Assembly: GCA_030390025.1 (NCBI GenBank)
Contig: CM059432.1
Coordinates: 90,212,001 to 90,276,000 of the forward strand
Direction: 5' to 3'
Source of the DNA: Squalus acanthias
Taxonomy: Eukaryota
Length of the DNA: 64,000 nt
The notes under the pieces are model-generated. The model saw only the letters and a list, made by a program, of their open reading frames with translations, searched no databases and was not told the origin of the DNA. Below, piece by piece: positions 1 through 15,000 of this stretch; within the stretch, counting starts at the first letter, position 1, and every line of letters begins with the position of its first letter. The translations under genes and the position numbers were made by a program.

Positions 1-3000
1 AGAATGCACAGCACCCACTCTACTGATTTCAGACAATGCACAGTGCTCACACAACTGATTTCAGAGAATTCACAGTGATCACACTACTGATTTCAGAGAA
101 TGCACAGCACTCACTCCACTGATTTCAGACAATGCACCGCATTCATACTACTGATTTCAGACAATGCACAGCGCGCACACGACTGAATTCAGACAATGAA
201 TAGTGCTCAGACTACTGATTTCAGAGCATGCACAGTGCTCACTACTGAAATCAGACAATGCACAGCATTCACACTACTGATTTCAGAGAATGCTCAGCAT
301 TCACACTACTGTTTTCAGACAATGCACAGCACTCACCGTACTGATTTCAGATAATGCACAGTGCTCAAAATACTGATTTCAGAGAATGCACAGAGCTCAC
401 ACTACTGATTTCAGAGAATGCACAGTGCTCACACTACTGATTTCAGAGAATGCTCAGCGCTCACACTACTGATTTCAGACAAAGTACAGTGCTCACACTA
501 CTGATTTCAGAGACTACACAGTGCTCACACTACTGATTTCAGGGAATCCATAGCATTCACTACTGATTTCAGAGAATGCACATCGCTCACACTACTGATA
601 TCAGAGAATGCACAGCACTCACACTACTGATTTCAGAGAATGCACAGCGCACACACTACTCATTTCAGAGATTGCTCAGCACTCACACTACTGATTTCAT
701 AGCATGCACAGTGCTCACACTACTGATTTCAGAGAATGCTCAGCGCTCACACTACTGATTTCAGACAAAGTACAGTGCTCACACTACTGATTTCAGAGAA
801 TGCACAGTGCTCACACTACTGATTTCAGAGAATGCTCAGCGCTCACACTACTGATTTCAGACAAAGTACAGTGCTCACACTACTGATTTCAGAGACTGCA
901 CATTGCTCACACTACTGATTTCAGGGAATCCATAGCATTCACTACTGATTTCAGAGAATGCACATCGCTCACACTACTGATATCAGAGCATGCACAGTGC
1001 TCACTACTGAAATCAGACAATGCACAGCATTCACACTACTGATTTCAGAGAATGCTCAGCATTCACACTACTGTTTTCAGACAATGCACAGCACTCACCG
1101 TACTGATTTCAGAGAATGCACAGTGCTCAAAATACTGATTTCAGAGAATGCACAGAGCTCACACTACTGATTTCAGAGAATGCACAGTGCTCACACTACT
1201 GATTTCAGAGAATGCTCAGCGCTCACACTACTGATTTCAGAGAATGCACAGTGCTCACACTACTGATTTCAGAGAATGCTCAGCGCTCACACTACTGATT
1301 TCAGAGACTGCACATTGCTCACACTACTGATTTCAGGGAATCCATAGCATTCACTACTGATTTCAGAGAATGCACATCGCTCACACTACTAATTTCAGAG
1401 AATGCACAGCGCTCACATGACTGAATTCAGACAATGAACAGTGCTCACACTACTGATTTCAGAGCATGCACAGTGCTCACTACTGAAATCAGACAATGCA
1501 CAGCATTCACACTACTGATTTCAGAGAATGCTCAGCATTCACACTACTGTTTTCAGACAATGCACAGCACTCACCGTACTGATTTCAGAGAATGCACAGT
1601 GCTAAAAATACTGATTTCAGAGACTGCACAGAGCTCACACTACTGATTTCAGAGAATGCACAGTGCTCACACTACTGATTTCAGAGAATGCTCAGCGCTC
1701 ACACTACTGATTTCAGACAAAGTACAGTGCTCACACTACTGATTTCAGAGACTGCACATTGCTCACACTACTGATTTCAGGGAATCCATAGCACACACTA
1801 CTGATTTCAGAGAATGCTCAGCATTCACACTACTGTTTTCAGGGAACGCACAGCGCTCACACTATTGATTTCAGAGAATGCACCGTGCTCACAATACTGA
1901 TTTCAGAGAATGCTCAGCATTCACACTACTGTTTTGAGACAATGCACAGTGCTCACACTACTGATTTCAGGGAATGCACAGCGCTCACACTACAGATTTC
2001 AGAGATTGCACAGTTCTCACATGACTGATTTCAGAGAATGCAGAGCGCTCACACTACTGATTTCAGACAAAGCACAGTGCTCACACTACTGATTTCAGAC
2101 AAAGCACAGTGCTCACATTACTGATTTCAGAGCATCCACAGCATTCACTACTGAGTTCAGAGAATGCACAGCACTCATACTACTGATTTCAGAGAATGCC
2201 GAGCGCTCACACAACTGCTTTCAGAGAATGCACAGCGCTCACACTACTACTTTCAGAGAATGCACAGCGCTCACACTATTGATTTCAGAGAATGCACTGC
2301 GCTCACACTAATGATTTCAGAGAATGCACAGTAACCACACTACAGATTTCAGGAAATCCAAAGCATTCACACCACTGATTAGAGAGAATGCACAGCGCTC
2401 ACAATACTGATTTCAGAAAATGTTCGTCGCTCACACTACTGATTTCAGAGAATACACAGCACTCACACTACTGTTTTCAGAGAATGCACAGCACCCACTC
2501 TACTGATTTCAGAAAATGCACAGTGCTCACACAACTGATTTCAGAGAATTCACAGTGATCACACTACTGATTTCAGAGAATGCACAGCGCTCACACTACT
2601 GATTTCAGGGCATCCACAGCATTCACTACTGAGTTCAGAGAATGCACAGCACTCATACTACTGATTTCAGAGAATGCCGAGCGCTCACACAACTGCTTTC
2701 AGAGAATGCATAGCGCTCACACTACTGCTTTCAGAGAATGCACAGCGCTCACACTATTGATTTCAGAGAATGCACTGCGCTCACACTAATGATTTCAGAC
2801 AAAGCACAGTGCTCACATTACTGATTTCAGAGACTGCACAGCGCTCACACTACTGATTTCAGGGCATCCACAGCATTCACGACTGAGTTCAGAGAATGCA
2901 CAGCACTCATACTACTGATTTCAGAGAATGCCGAGCGCTCACACAACTGCTTTCAGAGAATGCACAGCGCTCACACTACTGATTTCAGAGAATGCACAGC

Positions 3001-6000
3001 GCTCACACTATTGATTTCAGAGAATGCACTGCGCTCACACTAATGATTTCAGAGAATGCACAGTAACCACACTACAGATTTCAGGAAATCCAAAGCATTT
3101 ACACCACTGATTTCAGACAATGCACAGTACTCACACTAATGATTTCAGAGAATGCACAGCATGCACTACTGACTTCAGACAATGCACAGTGCACACTACT
3201 CATTTCAGAGAATGCACAGCGCTCACACTACTGATTTCAGACAATGCACAGCGCACACACTACTCATTTCAGAGAATGCACAGCGCTCACACTAATGGTT
3301 TCATAGAATGCATAGCGCTCACACTACAGGTTTCATAGAATGCACAGTGCCCACTCTACTGATTTCAGAGAATGCACAACGCTCATGCTATTGATTTCAG
3401 ACAATGCACAGCCCTGACACTATTGTTTTCAGAGAATGCACAGCGCTCATACTACTGATTTCAGGGAATCCACAGCATTCACACTACTGATTAGAAAGAA
3501 TGCACAGCGCTCACACTAATGATTTCAGACAATGCACAGCACACACTACTGATATCAGAGACTGCACAGCACCCACACTGCTGATTTCAGGGAATCCAAA
3601 GCATTCACCCTACTGATTTCAGACAATGCACAGCGCTCACACTAATGATTTCAGACAATGCACAGCTCTCACACTACTGTTTTCAGAGAACGCACAGCAA
3701 CCACTCTACTATTTTCAGACAATGCACAGTGCTCACACAACTGATTTCAGAGAATTCACAGTGATCACACTAATGATTTCAGAGAATGCACAGCACACAC
3801 TACTGATTTCAGGGTATCCACACTTGCTCACACTACTCATTTCAGAGAATTCACAGCGCTCACACAACTGATTTCAGAGAATGCACAGCACTCACACCAC
3901 TGATTTCAGACAATGCGCAGCACTCACACTAATCATTTCAGAAAATGCACAGTGCTCACACTACTGATTTCAGAGTCTGCTCAGCGCTCACACTAATGAT
4001 TTCAGAGCATGCACAGTGCTCACTACTGAAATCAGACAATGCACAGCATTCATACTACTGATTTCAGACAATGCACAGCGCACACACTACTAATTTCAGA
4101 GAATGCACAGCGCTCACACGACTGAATTCAGACAATGAACAGTGCTCACACTACTGATTTCAGAGAATGCACAGAGCTCACACTACTGATTTCAGAGAAT
4201 GCACAGTGCTCACACTACTGATTTCAGAGAATGCTCAGCGCTCACACTACTGATTTCAGACAAAGTACAGCACTCACCGTACTGATTTCAGAGAATGCAC
4301 AGTGCTCAAAATACTGATTCCAGAGACTGCACAGTGCTCACACTACTGATTTCAGGGAATCCATAGCATTCACTACTGATTTCAGAGAATGCACAGCACT
4401 CACACTACTGATTTCAGAGAATGCACAGCGCACACACTACTCATTTCAGAGATTGCTCAGCGCTCACACTACTGATTTCAAAGCATGCACAGTGCTCACT
4501 AGTGAAATCACGCAATGCACAGCATTCACACTACTGATTTCAGAGAATGCTCAGCATTCACACTACTGTTTTCAGGGAACGCACAGCGCTCACACTATTG
4601 ATTTCAGAGAATGCACCGTGCTCACAATACTGATTTCAGAGAATGCTCAGCATTCACACAACTGTTTTGAGACAATGCACAGCTATCACACTACTGATTT
4701 CAGAGAATGCACTGCGCTCACACTACTGATTTCAGAGATTGCACAGTTCTCACACGACTGATTTCAGAGAATGCAGAGCGCTCACACTACTGATTTCAGA
4801 CAAAGCAGTGCTCACACTACTGATTTCAGACAAAGCACGGTGCTCACATTACTGATTTCAGAGACTGCACAGCGCTCACACTACTGATTTCAGGGCATCC
4901 ACAGCATTCACTACTGAGTTCAGAGAATGCACAGCACTCATACTACTGATTTCAGAGAATGCCGAGCGCTCACACAACTGCTTTCAGAGAATGCATAGCG
5001 CTCACACTACTGCTTTCAGAGAATGCACAGCGCTCACACTATTGATTTCAGAGAATGCACTGCGCTCACACTAATGATTTCAGAGATTGCACAGTAACCA
5101 CACTACAGATTTCAGGAAATCCAAAACATTTACACCACTGATTTCAGACAATGCACAGTACTCACACTAATGATTTCAGAGAATGCACAGCATGCACTAC
5201 TGACTTCAGACAATGCACAGTGCACACTACTCATTTCAGAGAATACACAGCGCTCACACTACTGATTTCAGACAATGCACAGCGTGCACAATACTCATTT
5301 CAGAGAATGCACAGCGCTCACACTACAGGTTTCATAGAATGCACAGTGCCCACTCTACTGATTTCAGAGAATGCACAACGCTCACGTATTGATTTCAGAC
5401 AATGCACAGCCCTGACACTACTGTTTTCAGAGAATGCACAGCGCTCATGCTACTGATTTCAGGGAATCCACAGCATTCACACTACTGATTAGACAGAATG
5501 CACAGCGCTCACACTAATGATTTCAGACAATGCACAGCACACACTACTGATATCAGAGACTGCACTGCACCCACACTGCTGATTTCAGGGAATCCAAAGC
5601 ATTCACCCTGATTTCAGACAATGCACAGCGCTCACAATACTGAATTCAGAAAATGTTCGTCGCTTACACTACTGATTTCAGAGAATACACAGCACTCGCA
5701 CTACTGTTTTCAGAGAATGCACAGCACCCACTCTACTGATTTCAGACAATGCACAGTGCTCACACAACTGATTTCAGAGAATTCACAGCACTCACTCCAC
5801 TGATTTCAGACAATGCACCGCATTCATACTACTGATTTCAGACAATGCACAGCGCGCACACGACTGAATTCAGACAATGAATAGTGCTCAGACTACTGAT
5901 TTCAGAGCATGCACAGTGCTCACTACTGAAATCAGACAATGCACAGCATTCACACTACTGATTTCAGAGAATGCTCAGCATTCACACTACTGTTTTCAGA

Positions 6001-9000
6001 CAATGCACAGCACTCACCGTACTGATTTCAGATAATGCACAGTGCTCAAAATACTGATTTCAGAGAATGCACAGAGCTCACACTACTGATTTCAGAGAAT
6101 GCACAGTGCTCACACTACTGATTTCAGAGAATGCTCAGCGCTCACACTACTGATTTCAGACAAAGTACAGTGCTCACACTACTGATTTCAGAGACTACAC
6201 AGTGCTCACACTACTGATTTCAGGGAATCCATAGCATTCACTACTGATTTCAGAGAATGCACATCGCTCACACTACTGATATCAGAGAATGCACAGCACT
6301 CACACTACTGATTTCAGAGAATGCACAGCGCACACACTACTCATTTCAGAGATTGCTCAGCACTCACACTACTGATTTCATAGCATGCACAGTGCTCACT
6401 AGCGAAATCACGCAATGCACAGCATTCACACTACTGATTTCAGAGAATGCTCAGCATTCACACAACTGTTTTGAGACAATGCACAGCGCTCACACTACTG
6501 ATTTCAGAGAATGCACTGCGCTCACACTACTGATTTCAGAGATTGCACAGTTCTCACATGACTGATTTCAGAGAATGCAGAGCACTCACACTACTGATTT
6601 CAGACAAAGCACAGTGCTCACACTACTGATTTCAGACAAAGCACAGTGCTCACATTACTGATTTCAGAGACTGCACAGCGCTCACACTACTGATTTCAGG
6701 GCATCCACAGCATTCACTACTGAGTTCAGAGAATGCACAGCACTCATACTACTGATTTCAGAGAATGCCGAGCGCTCACACAACTGCTTTCAGAGAATGC
6801 ATAGCGCTCACACTACTGCTTTCAGAGAATGCACAGCGCTCACACTATTGATTTCAGAGAATGCACTGCGCTCACACTAATGATTTCAGACAAAGCACAG
6901 TGCTCACATTACTGATTTCAGAGACTGCACAGCGCTCACACTACTGATTTCAGGGCATCCACAGCATTCACGACTGAGTTCAGAGAATGCACAGCACTCA
7001 TACTACTGATTTCAGAGAATGCCGAGCGCTCACACAACTGCTTTCAGAGAATGCACAGCGCTCACACTACTGATTTCAGAGAATGCACAGCGCTCACACT
7101 ATTGATTTCAGAGAATGCACTGCGCTCACACTAATGATTTCAGAGAATGCACAGTAACCACACTACAGATTTCAGGAAATCCAAAGCATTTACACCACTG
7201 ATTTCAGACAATGCACAGTACTCACACTAATGATTTCAGAGAATGCACAGCATGCACTACTGACTTCAGACAATGCACAGTGCACACTACTCATTTCAGA
7301 GAATGCACAGCGCTCACACTACTGATTTCAGACAATGCACAGCGCACACACTACTCATTTCAGAGAATGCACAGCGCTCACACTAATGGTTTCATAGAAT
7401 GCATAGCGCTCACACTACAGGTTTCATAGAATGCACAGTGCCCACTCTACTGATTTCAGAGAATGCACAATGCTCATGCTATTGATTTCAGACAATGCAC
7501 AGCCCTGACACTATTGTTTTCAGAGAATGCACTGCGCTCATACTACTGATTTCAGGGAATCCACAGCATTCACACTACTGATTAGAAAGAATGCACAGCG
7601 CTCACACTAATGATTTCAGACAATGCACAGCACACACTACTGATATCAGAGACTGCACAGCACCCACACTGCTGATTTCAGGGAATCCACAGCATTCACC
7701 CTACTGATTTCAGACAATGCACAGCGCTCACACTAATGATTTCAGACAATGCACAGCTCTCACACTACTGTTTTCAGAGAACGCACAGCAACCACTCTAC
7801 TATTTTCAGACAATGCACAGTGCTCACACAACTGATTTCAGAGAATTCACAGTGATCACACTAATGATTTCAGAGAATGCACAGCACACACTACTGATTT
7901 CAGGGTATCCACACTTGCTCACACTACTCATTTCAGAGAATTCACAGCGCTCACACAACTGATTTCAGAGAATGCACAGCACTCACACCACTGATTTCAG
8001 ACAATGCGCAGCACTCACACTAATCATTTCAGAAAATGCACAGTGCTCACACTACTGATTTCAGAGTCTGCTCAGCGCTCACACTAATGATTTCAGAGCA
8101 TGCACAGTGCTCACTACTGAAATCAGACAATGCACAGCATTCATACTACTGATTTCAGACAATGCACAGCGCACACACTACTAATTTCAGAGAATGCACA
8201 GCGCTCACACGACTGAATTCAGACAATGAACAGTGCTCACACTACTGATTTCAGAGAATGCACAGAGCTCACACTACTGATTTCAGAGAATGCACAGTGC
8301 TCACACTACTGATTTCAGAGAATGCTCAGCGCTCACACTACTGATTTCAGACAAAGTACAGCACTCACCGTACTGATTTCAGAGAATGCACAGTGCTCAA
8401 AATACTGATTCCAAAGACTGCACAGTGCTCACACTACTGATTTCAGGGAATCCATAGCATTCACTACTGATTTCAGAGAATGCACAGCATTCACACTACT
8501 GATTTCAGAGAATGCACAGCGCACACACTACTCATTTCAGAGATTGCTCAGCGCTCACACTACTGATTTCAAAGCATGCACAGTGCTCACTAGTGAAATC
8601 ACGCAATGCACAGCATTCACACTACTGATTTCAGAGAATGCTCAGCATTCACACTACTGTTTTCAGGGAACGCACAGCGCTCACACTATTGATTTCAGAG
8701 AATGCACCGTGCTCACAATACTGATTTCAGAGAATGCTCAGCATTCACACAACTGTTTTGAGACAATGCACAGCGCTCACACTACTGATTTCAGAGATTG
8801 CACTGCGCTCACACTACTGATTTCAGAGATTGCACAGTTCTCACACGACTGATTTCAGAGAATGCAGAGCGCTCACACTACTGATTTCAGACAAAGCACA
8901 GTGCTCACACTACTGATTTCAGACAAAGCACAGTGCTCACATTACTGATTTCAGAGACTGCACAGCGCTCACACTACTGATTTCAGGGCATCCACAGCAT

Positions 9001-12000
9001 TCACTACTGAGTTCAGAGAATGCACAGCACTCATACTACTGATTTCAGAGAATGCCGAGCGCTCACCCAACTGCTTTCAGAGAATGCATAGCGCTCACAC
9101 TACTGCTTTCAGAGAATGCACAGCGCTCACACTATTGATTTCAGAGAATGCACTGCGCTCACACTAATGATTTCAGAGAATGCACAGTAACCACACTACA
9201 GATTTCAGGAAATCCAAAACATTTACACCACTGATTTCAGACAATGCACAGTACTCACACTAATGATTTCAGAGAATGCACAGCATGCACTACTGACTTC
9301 AGACAATGCACAGTGCACACTACTCATTTCAGAGAATGCACAGCGCTCACACTACTGATTTCAGACAATGCACAGCGTGCACAATACTCATTTCAGAGAA
9401 TGCACAGCGCTCACACTACAGGTTTCATAGAATGCACAGTGCCCACTCTACTGATTTCAGAGAATGCACAACGCTCACGTATTGATTTCAGACAATGCAC
9501 AGCCCTGACACTACTGTTTTCAGAGAATGCACAGCGCTCATGCTACTGATTTCAGGGAATCCACAGCATTCACACTACTGATTAGAGAGAATGCACAGCG
9601 CTCACACTAATGATTTCAGACAATGCACAGCACACACTACTGATATCAGAGACTGCACTGCACCCACACTGCTGATTTCAGGGAATCCAAAGCATTCACC
9701 CTGATTTCAGACAATGCACAGCGCTCACAATACTGAATTCAGAAAATGTTCGTCGCTTACACTACTGATTTCAGAGAATACACAGCACTCACACTACTGT
9801 TTTCAGAGAATGCACAGCACCCACTCTACTGATTTCAGACAATGCACAGTGCTCACACAACTGATTTCAGAGAATTCACAGTGATCACACTACTGATTTC
9901 AGAGAATGCACAGCACTCACTCCACTGATTTCAGACAATGCACAGCATTCATACTACTGATTTCAGACAATGCACAGCGCACACACTACTAATTTCAGAC
10001 AATGCACAGCGCTCACACGACTGAATTCAGACAATGAATAGTGCTCAGACTACTGATTTCAGAGCATGCACAGTGCTCACTACTGAAATCAGAGAATGCT
10101 CAGCATTCACACTACTGTTTTCAGACAATGCACAGCACTCACCGTACTGATTTCAGATAATGCACAGTGCTCAAAATACTGATTTCAGAGAATGCACAGA
10201 GCTCACACTACTGATTTCAGAGAATGCACAGTGCTCACACTACTGATTTCAGAGAATGCTCAGCGCTCACACTACTGATTTCAGACAAAGTACAGTGCTC
10301 ACACTACTGATTTCAGAGACTGCACAGTGCTCACACTACTGATTTCAGGGAATCCATAGCATTCACTACTGATTTCAGAGAATGCACAGCGCACACACTA
10401 CTCATTTCAGAGATTGCTCAGCACTCACACTACTGATTTCAGAGCATGCACAGTGCTCACTAGTGAAATCACGCAATGCACAGCATTCACACTACTGATT
10501 TCAGAGAATGCTCAGCATTCACACTACTGTTTTCAGGGAACGCACAGCGCTCACACTATTGATTTCAGAGAATGCACCGTGCTCACAATACTGATTTCAG
10601 AGAATGCTCAGCATTCACACAACTGTTTTGAGACAATGCACAGCGCTCACACTACTGATTTCAGAGAATGCACAGCGCTCACACTACTGATTTCAGAGAT
10701 TGCACAGTTCTCACATGACTGATTTCAGAGAATGCAGAGCGCTCACACTACTGATTTCAGACAAAGCACAGTGCTCACACTACTGATTTCAGACAAAGCA
10801 CAGTGCTCACATTACTGATTTCAGAGACTGCACAGCGCTCACACTACTGATTTCAGGGCATCCACAGCATTCACTACTGAGTTCAGAGAATGCACAGCAC
10901 TCATACTACTGATTTCAGAGAATGCCGAGCGCTCACACAACTGCTTTCAGAGAATGCACAGCGCTCACACTACTGCTTTCAGAGAATGCACAGTGCTCAC
11001 ACTATTGATTTCAGAGAATGCACTGCGCTCACACTAATGATTTCAGAGAATGCACAGTAACCACACTACAGATTTCAGGAAATCCAAAGCTTTAACACCA
11101 CTGATTTCAGACAATGCACAGTACTCACACTAATGATTTCAGAGAATGCACAGCATACACTACTGACTTCAGACAATGCACAGTGCACACTACTCATTTC
11201 AGAGAATGCACAGCGCTCACACTACTGATTTCAGACAATGCACAGCGCACACACTACTCATTTCAGAGAATGCACAGCGCTCACACTAATGGTTTCATAG
11301 AATGCATAGCGCTCACACTACAGGTTTCATAGAATGCACAGTGCCCACACTACTGATTTCAGAGAATGCACAACGCTCACGCTATTGATTTCAGACAATG
11401 CACAGCCCTGACACTACTGTTTTCAGAGAATGCACAGCGCTCATACTACTGATTTCAGGGAATCCACAGCATTCACACTACTGATTAGAGAGAATGCACA
11501 GCGCTCACACTAATGATTTCAGACAATGCACAGCACACACTACTGATATCAGAGACTGCACTGCACCCACACTGCTGATTTCAGGGAATCCAAAGCATTC
11601 ACCCTACTGATTTCAGACAATGCACAGCGCTCACACTAATGATTTCAGACAATGCACAGCGCTCACAATACTGAATTCAGAAAATGTTCGTCGCTCACAC
11701 TACTGATTTCAGAGAATACACAGCACTCACACTACTGTTTTCAGAGAATGCACAGCACCCACTCTACTGATTTCAGACAATGCACAGTGCTCACACAACT
11801 GATTTCAGAGAATTCACAGTGAGCACACAACTGATTTCAGACAATTCACAGTGATCACACTACTGATTTCAGAGAATGCACAGCGCTCACACTACTGATT
11901 TCAGACAATGCACAGTGCTCACACAACTGATTTGAGAGAATTCACAGTGATCACACTACTGATTTCAGAGAATGCACAGCACACACTACTGATTTCAGGG

Positions 12001-15000
12001 TATCCACACTTGCTCACACTACTCATTTCAGAGAATTCACAGCGCTCACACAACTGATTTCAGAGAATGCTCAGCATTCACACTACTGTTTTCAGGGAAC
12101 GCACAGCGCTCACACTATTGATTTCAGAGAATGCACCGTGCTCACAATACTGATTTCAGAGAATGCTCAGCATTCACACAAATGTTTTGAGACAATGCAC
12201 AGCGCTCACACTACTGATTTCAGAGAATGCACAGTGCTCACACTACTGATTTCAGTGATTGCACAGTTCTCACACGACTGATTTCAGAGAATGCAGAGCG
12301 CTCGCATTACTGATTTCAGAGACTGCACAGCGCTCACACTACTGATTTCAGGGAATCCACAGCACACCCTACTTGTTTCAGACAACGCACAGCCCTCACA
12401 CTACTCATTTCAGAGAATGCACCGGGTTCACACTAATGATTTCAGACAATGCACAGCAATCACACTACTGATTTAAGGGAATCCAAAGCATTCACACTAC
12501 TGATTTCACTAATTCACAGTGCTCACACTAATGATTTCAGACAATGCACAGCGCTCAGGCGAATGATATCAAAGAATGCACAGCGCTCACACTACTAATT
12601 TTAATGAATTCACAGCGCTCACAATACTGATTACAGAAAATGTTCAGCGCTCAAACTACTGATTTCAGAGAATACAAAGTGCTCACACGATTGATTTCAG
12701 ACAATGCACAGTGTTCACACTACTGAAATCACTGAATGCACAGCATTCACACTACTGATTTTAGGCAATGCACAGCACTCACACCACTGATTTTATAGAA
12801 TGCACAGCACTCACACTACTGATTTTATAGAATGCACAGCGCTCACACTACTGATTTCCGAGAATGCACAGCGCTCACACTACTGATTTCACTGAATGCA
12901 CAGTGCTCACACTATTGATTTCAGACAACGCACAGCCCTCACACTACTGATTTCAGAGAATGCACAGTGCTCACACTACTGATTTCATAGAATGCACAGC
13001 AGACACTACTGATTTCAGAGAATGCACAACGCTCACACTGCTGATTTCAGGGAATGCACAGCACACACTACTGATTTCAGAGAATGCACAATGCCCACTC
13101 TACTGATTTCAGAGAATGCACAACGCTCAAACTATTGATTTCAGACAATGCAGAGCCCTGACACTACTGATTTCAGAGAATGCACAGCGCTCACACTAAT
13201 GTTTTCAGACAATGCACAGCGCTCACACTACTGATTTCACGGAGTGCTCAGCGCTCACACTACTGATTTCAGACAATGCACAGCACTCACACTACTGATT
13301 TTATAGAATGCACAGCGCTCATACAACTGATTTCAGAGAATTCACAGTGATCACCCTACTGATTTCAGAGAATGCACAGCACACACTACTGATTTCAGGG
13401 TATCCACACAGCTCACACTACTGATTTCAGAGAATTCACAGTGCTCACACAACTGATTTCAGAGAATGCACAGCACCCACACTACTGATTACAGACCTTA
13501 CGCAGCGCTCACACTAATGATTTCAGACCGTGCGCAGCACTCACACCACTGATTTCAGACAATGCACAGCGCACACACTAATCATTTCAGAAAATGCACA
13601 GTGCTCACACTACTGATTTCAGACAATGCACATAGCTCACACTACTGATTTCAGCCAATGCACATAGCTCACACTACTGATTTCAGAGTCTGCTCAGCGC
13701 TCACACTAATGATTTCAGAGCATGCACAGTGCTCACTACTGAAATCAGAAAATGCACAGCTTACACACTACTGTTTTCAGACATGCACAGCGCTTACCGT
13801 ACTGATTTCAGAGAATGCACAGATCTCACACTACTGATTTCAGAGAATGCACAGTGCTCAAAATACTGATTTCAGAGAATGCACAGAGCTCACACTACTG
13901 ATTTCAGGGAATCCATAGCATTCACTACTGATTTCAGAGAATACACATCGCTCACACTGCTGATTTCAGAAAATGCACAGCACTCACACTACTGATTTCA
14001 GACAAAGTACAATGCTCACACTACTGATTTCGGAGACTGCACAGCGCTCACACTACTGATTTCAGGGAATCCATAGCATTCACTACTGATTTCAGAGAAT
14101 ACACATCGCTCACACTGCTGATTTCAGAGAATGCACAGCACTCACACAACTGATTTCAGAGAATGCACAGCACACATTATTGATTTCAGACAATGCACAG
14201 CGCACACACTACTCATTTCAGACAATGCACAGCACTCACACTACTGATTTCAGACAATGCACAGTGCTCACACTACTCATTTCAGAGATTGCTCAGCGCT
14301 CACACTACTGATTTCAGAGCATGCACAGTGCTCACTACTGAAATCACACAATGCACAGCATTCACACTACTGATTTCAGAGAATGCACAGCATTCACACT
14401 ACTGTTTTCAGGGAATGCACAGCGCTCACACTATTGATTTCAGAGAATGCACTGCCCTCACACTACTGATTTCAGAGAATAATCAGCATTCACACTACTG
14501 TTTTCAGAGAATGCTCAGCATTCACACTACTGTTTTCAAAGAATGCACAGCGTTCACACTGCTGATTTCAGAGAATGCACAGCGCTCACACTACTGATTT
14601 CAGAGATTGCACAGTTCTCACACGACTGATTTCAGAGAATGCAGAGCGCTCACACTACTGATTTCAGACAAAGCACAGTGCTCACACTACTGATTTCAGA
14701 CAAAGCACAGTGCTCACATTACTGATTTCAGAGACTGCACAGCGCTCACACTACTGATTTCAGGGCATCCACAGCATTCACGACTGAGTTCAGAGAATGC
14801 ACAGCACTCATACTACTCATTTCAGAGAATGCCGAGCGCTCACACAACTGCTTTCAGAGAATGCACAGCGCTCACACTACTGATTTCAGAGAATGCACAG
14901 CGCTCACACTATTGATTTCAGAGAATGCACTGCGCTCACACTAATGATTTCAGAGAATGCACAGTAACCACACTACAGATTTCAGGAAATCCAAAGCATT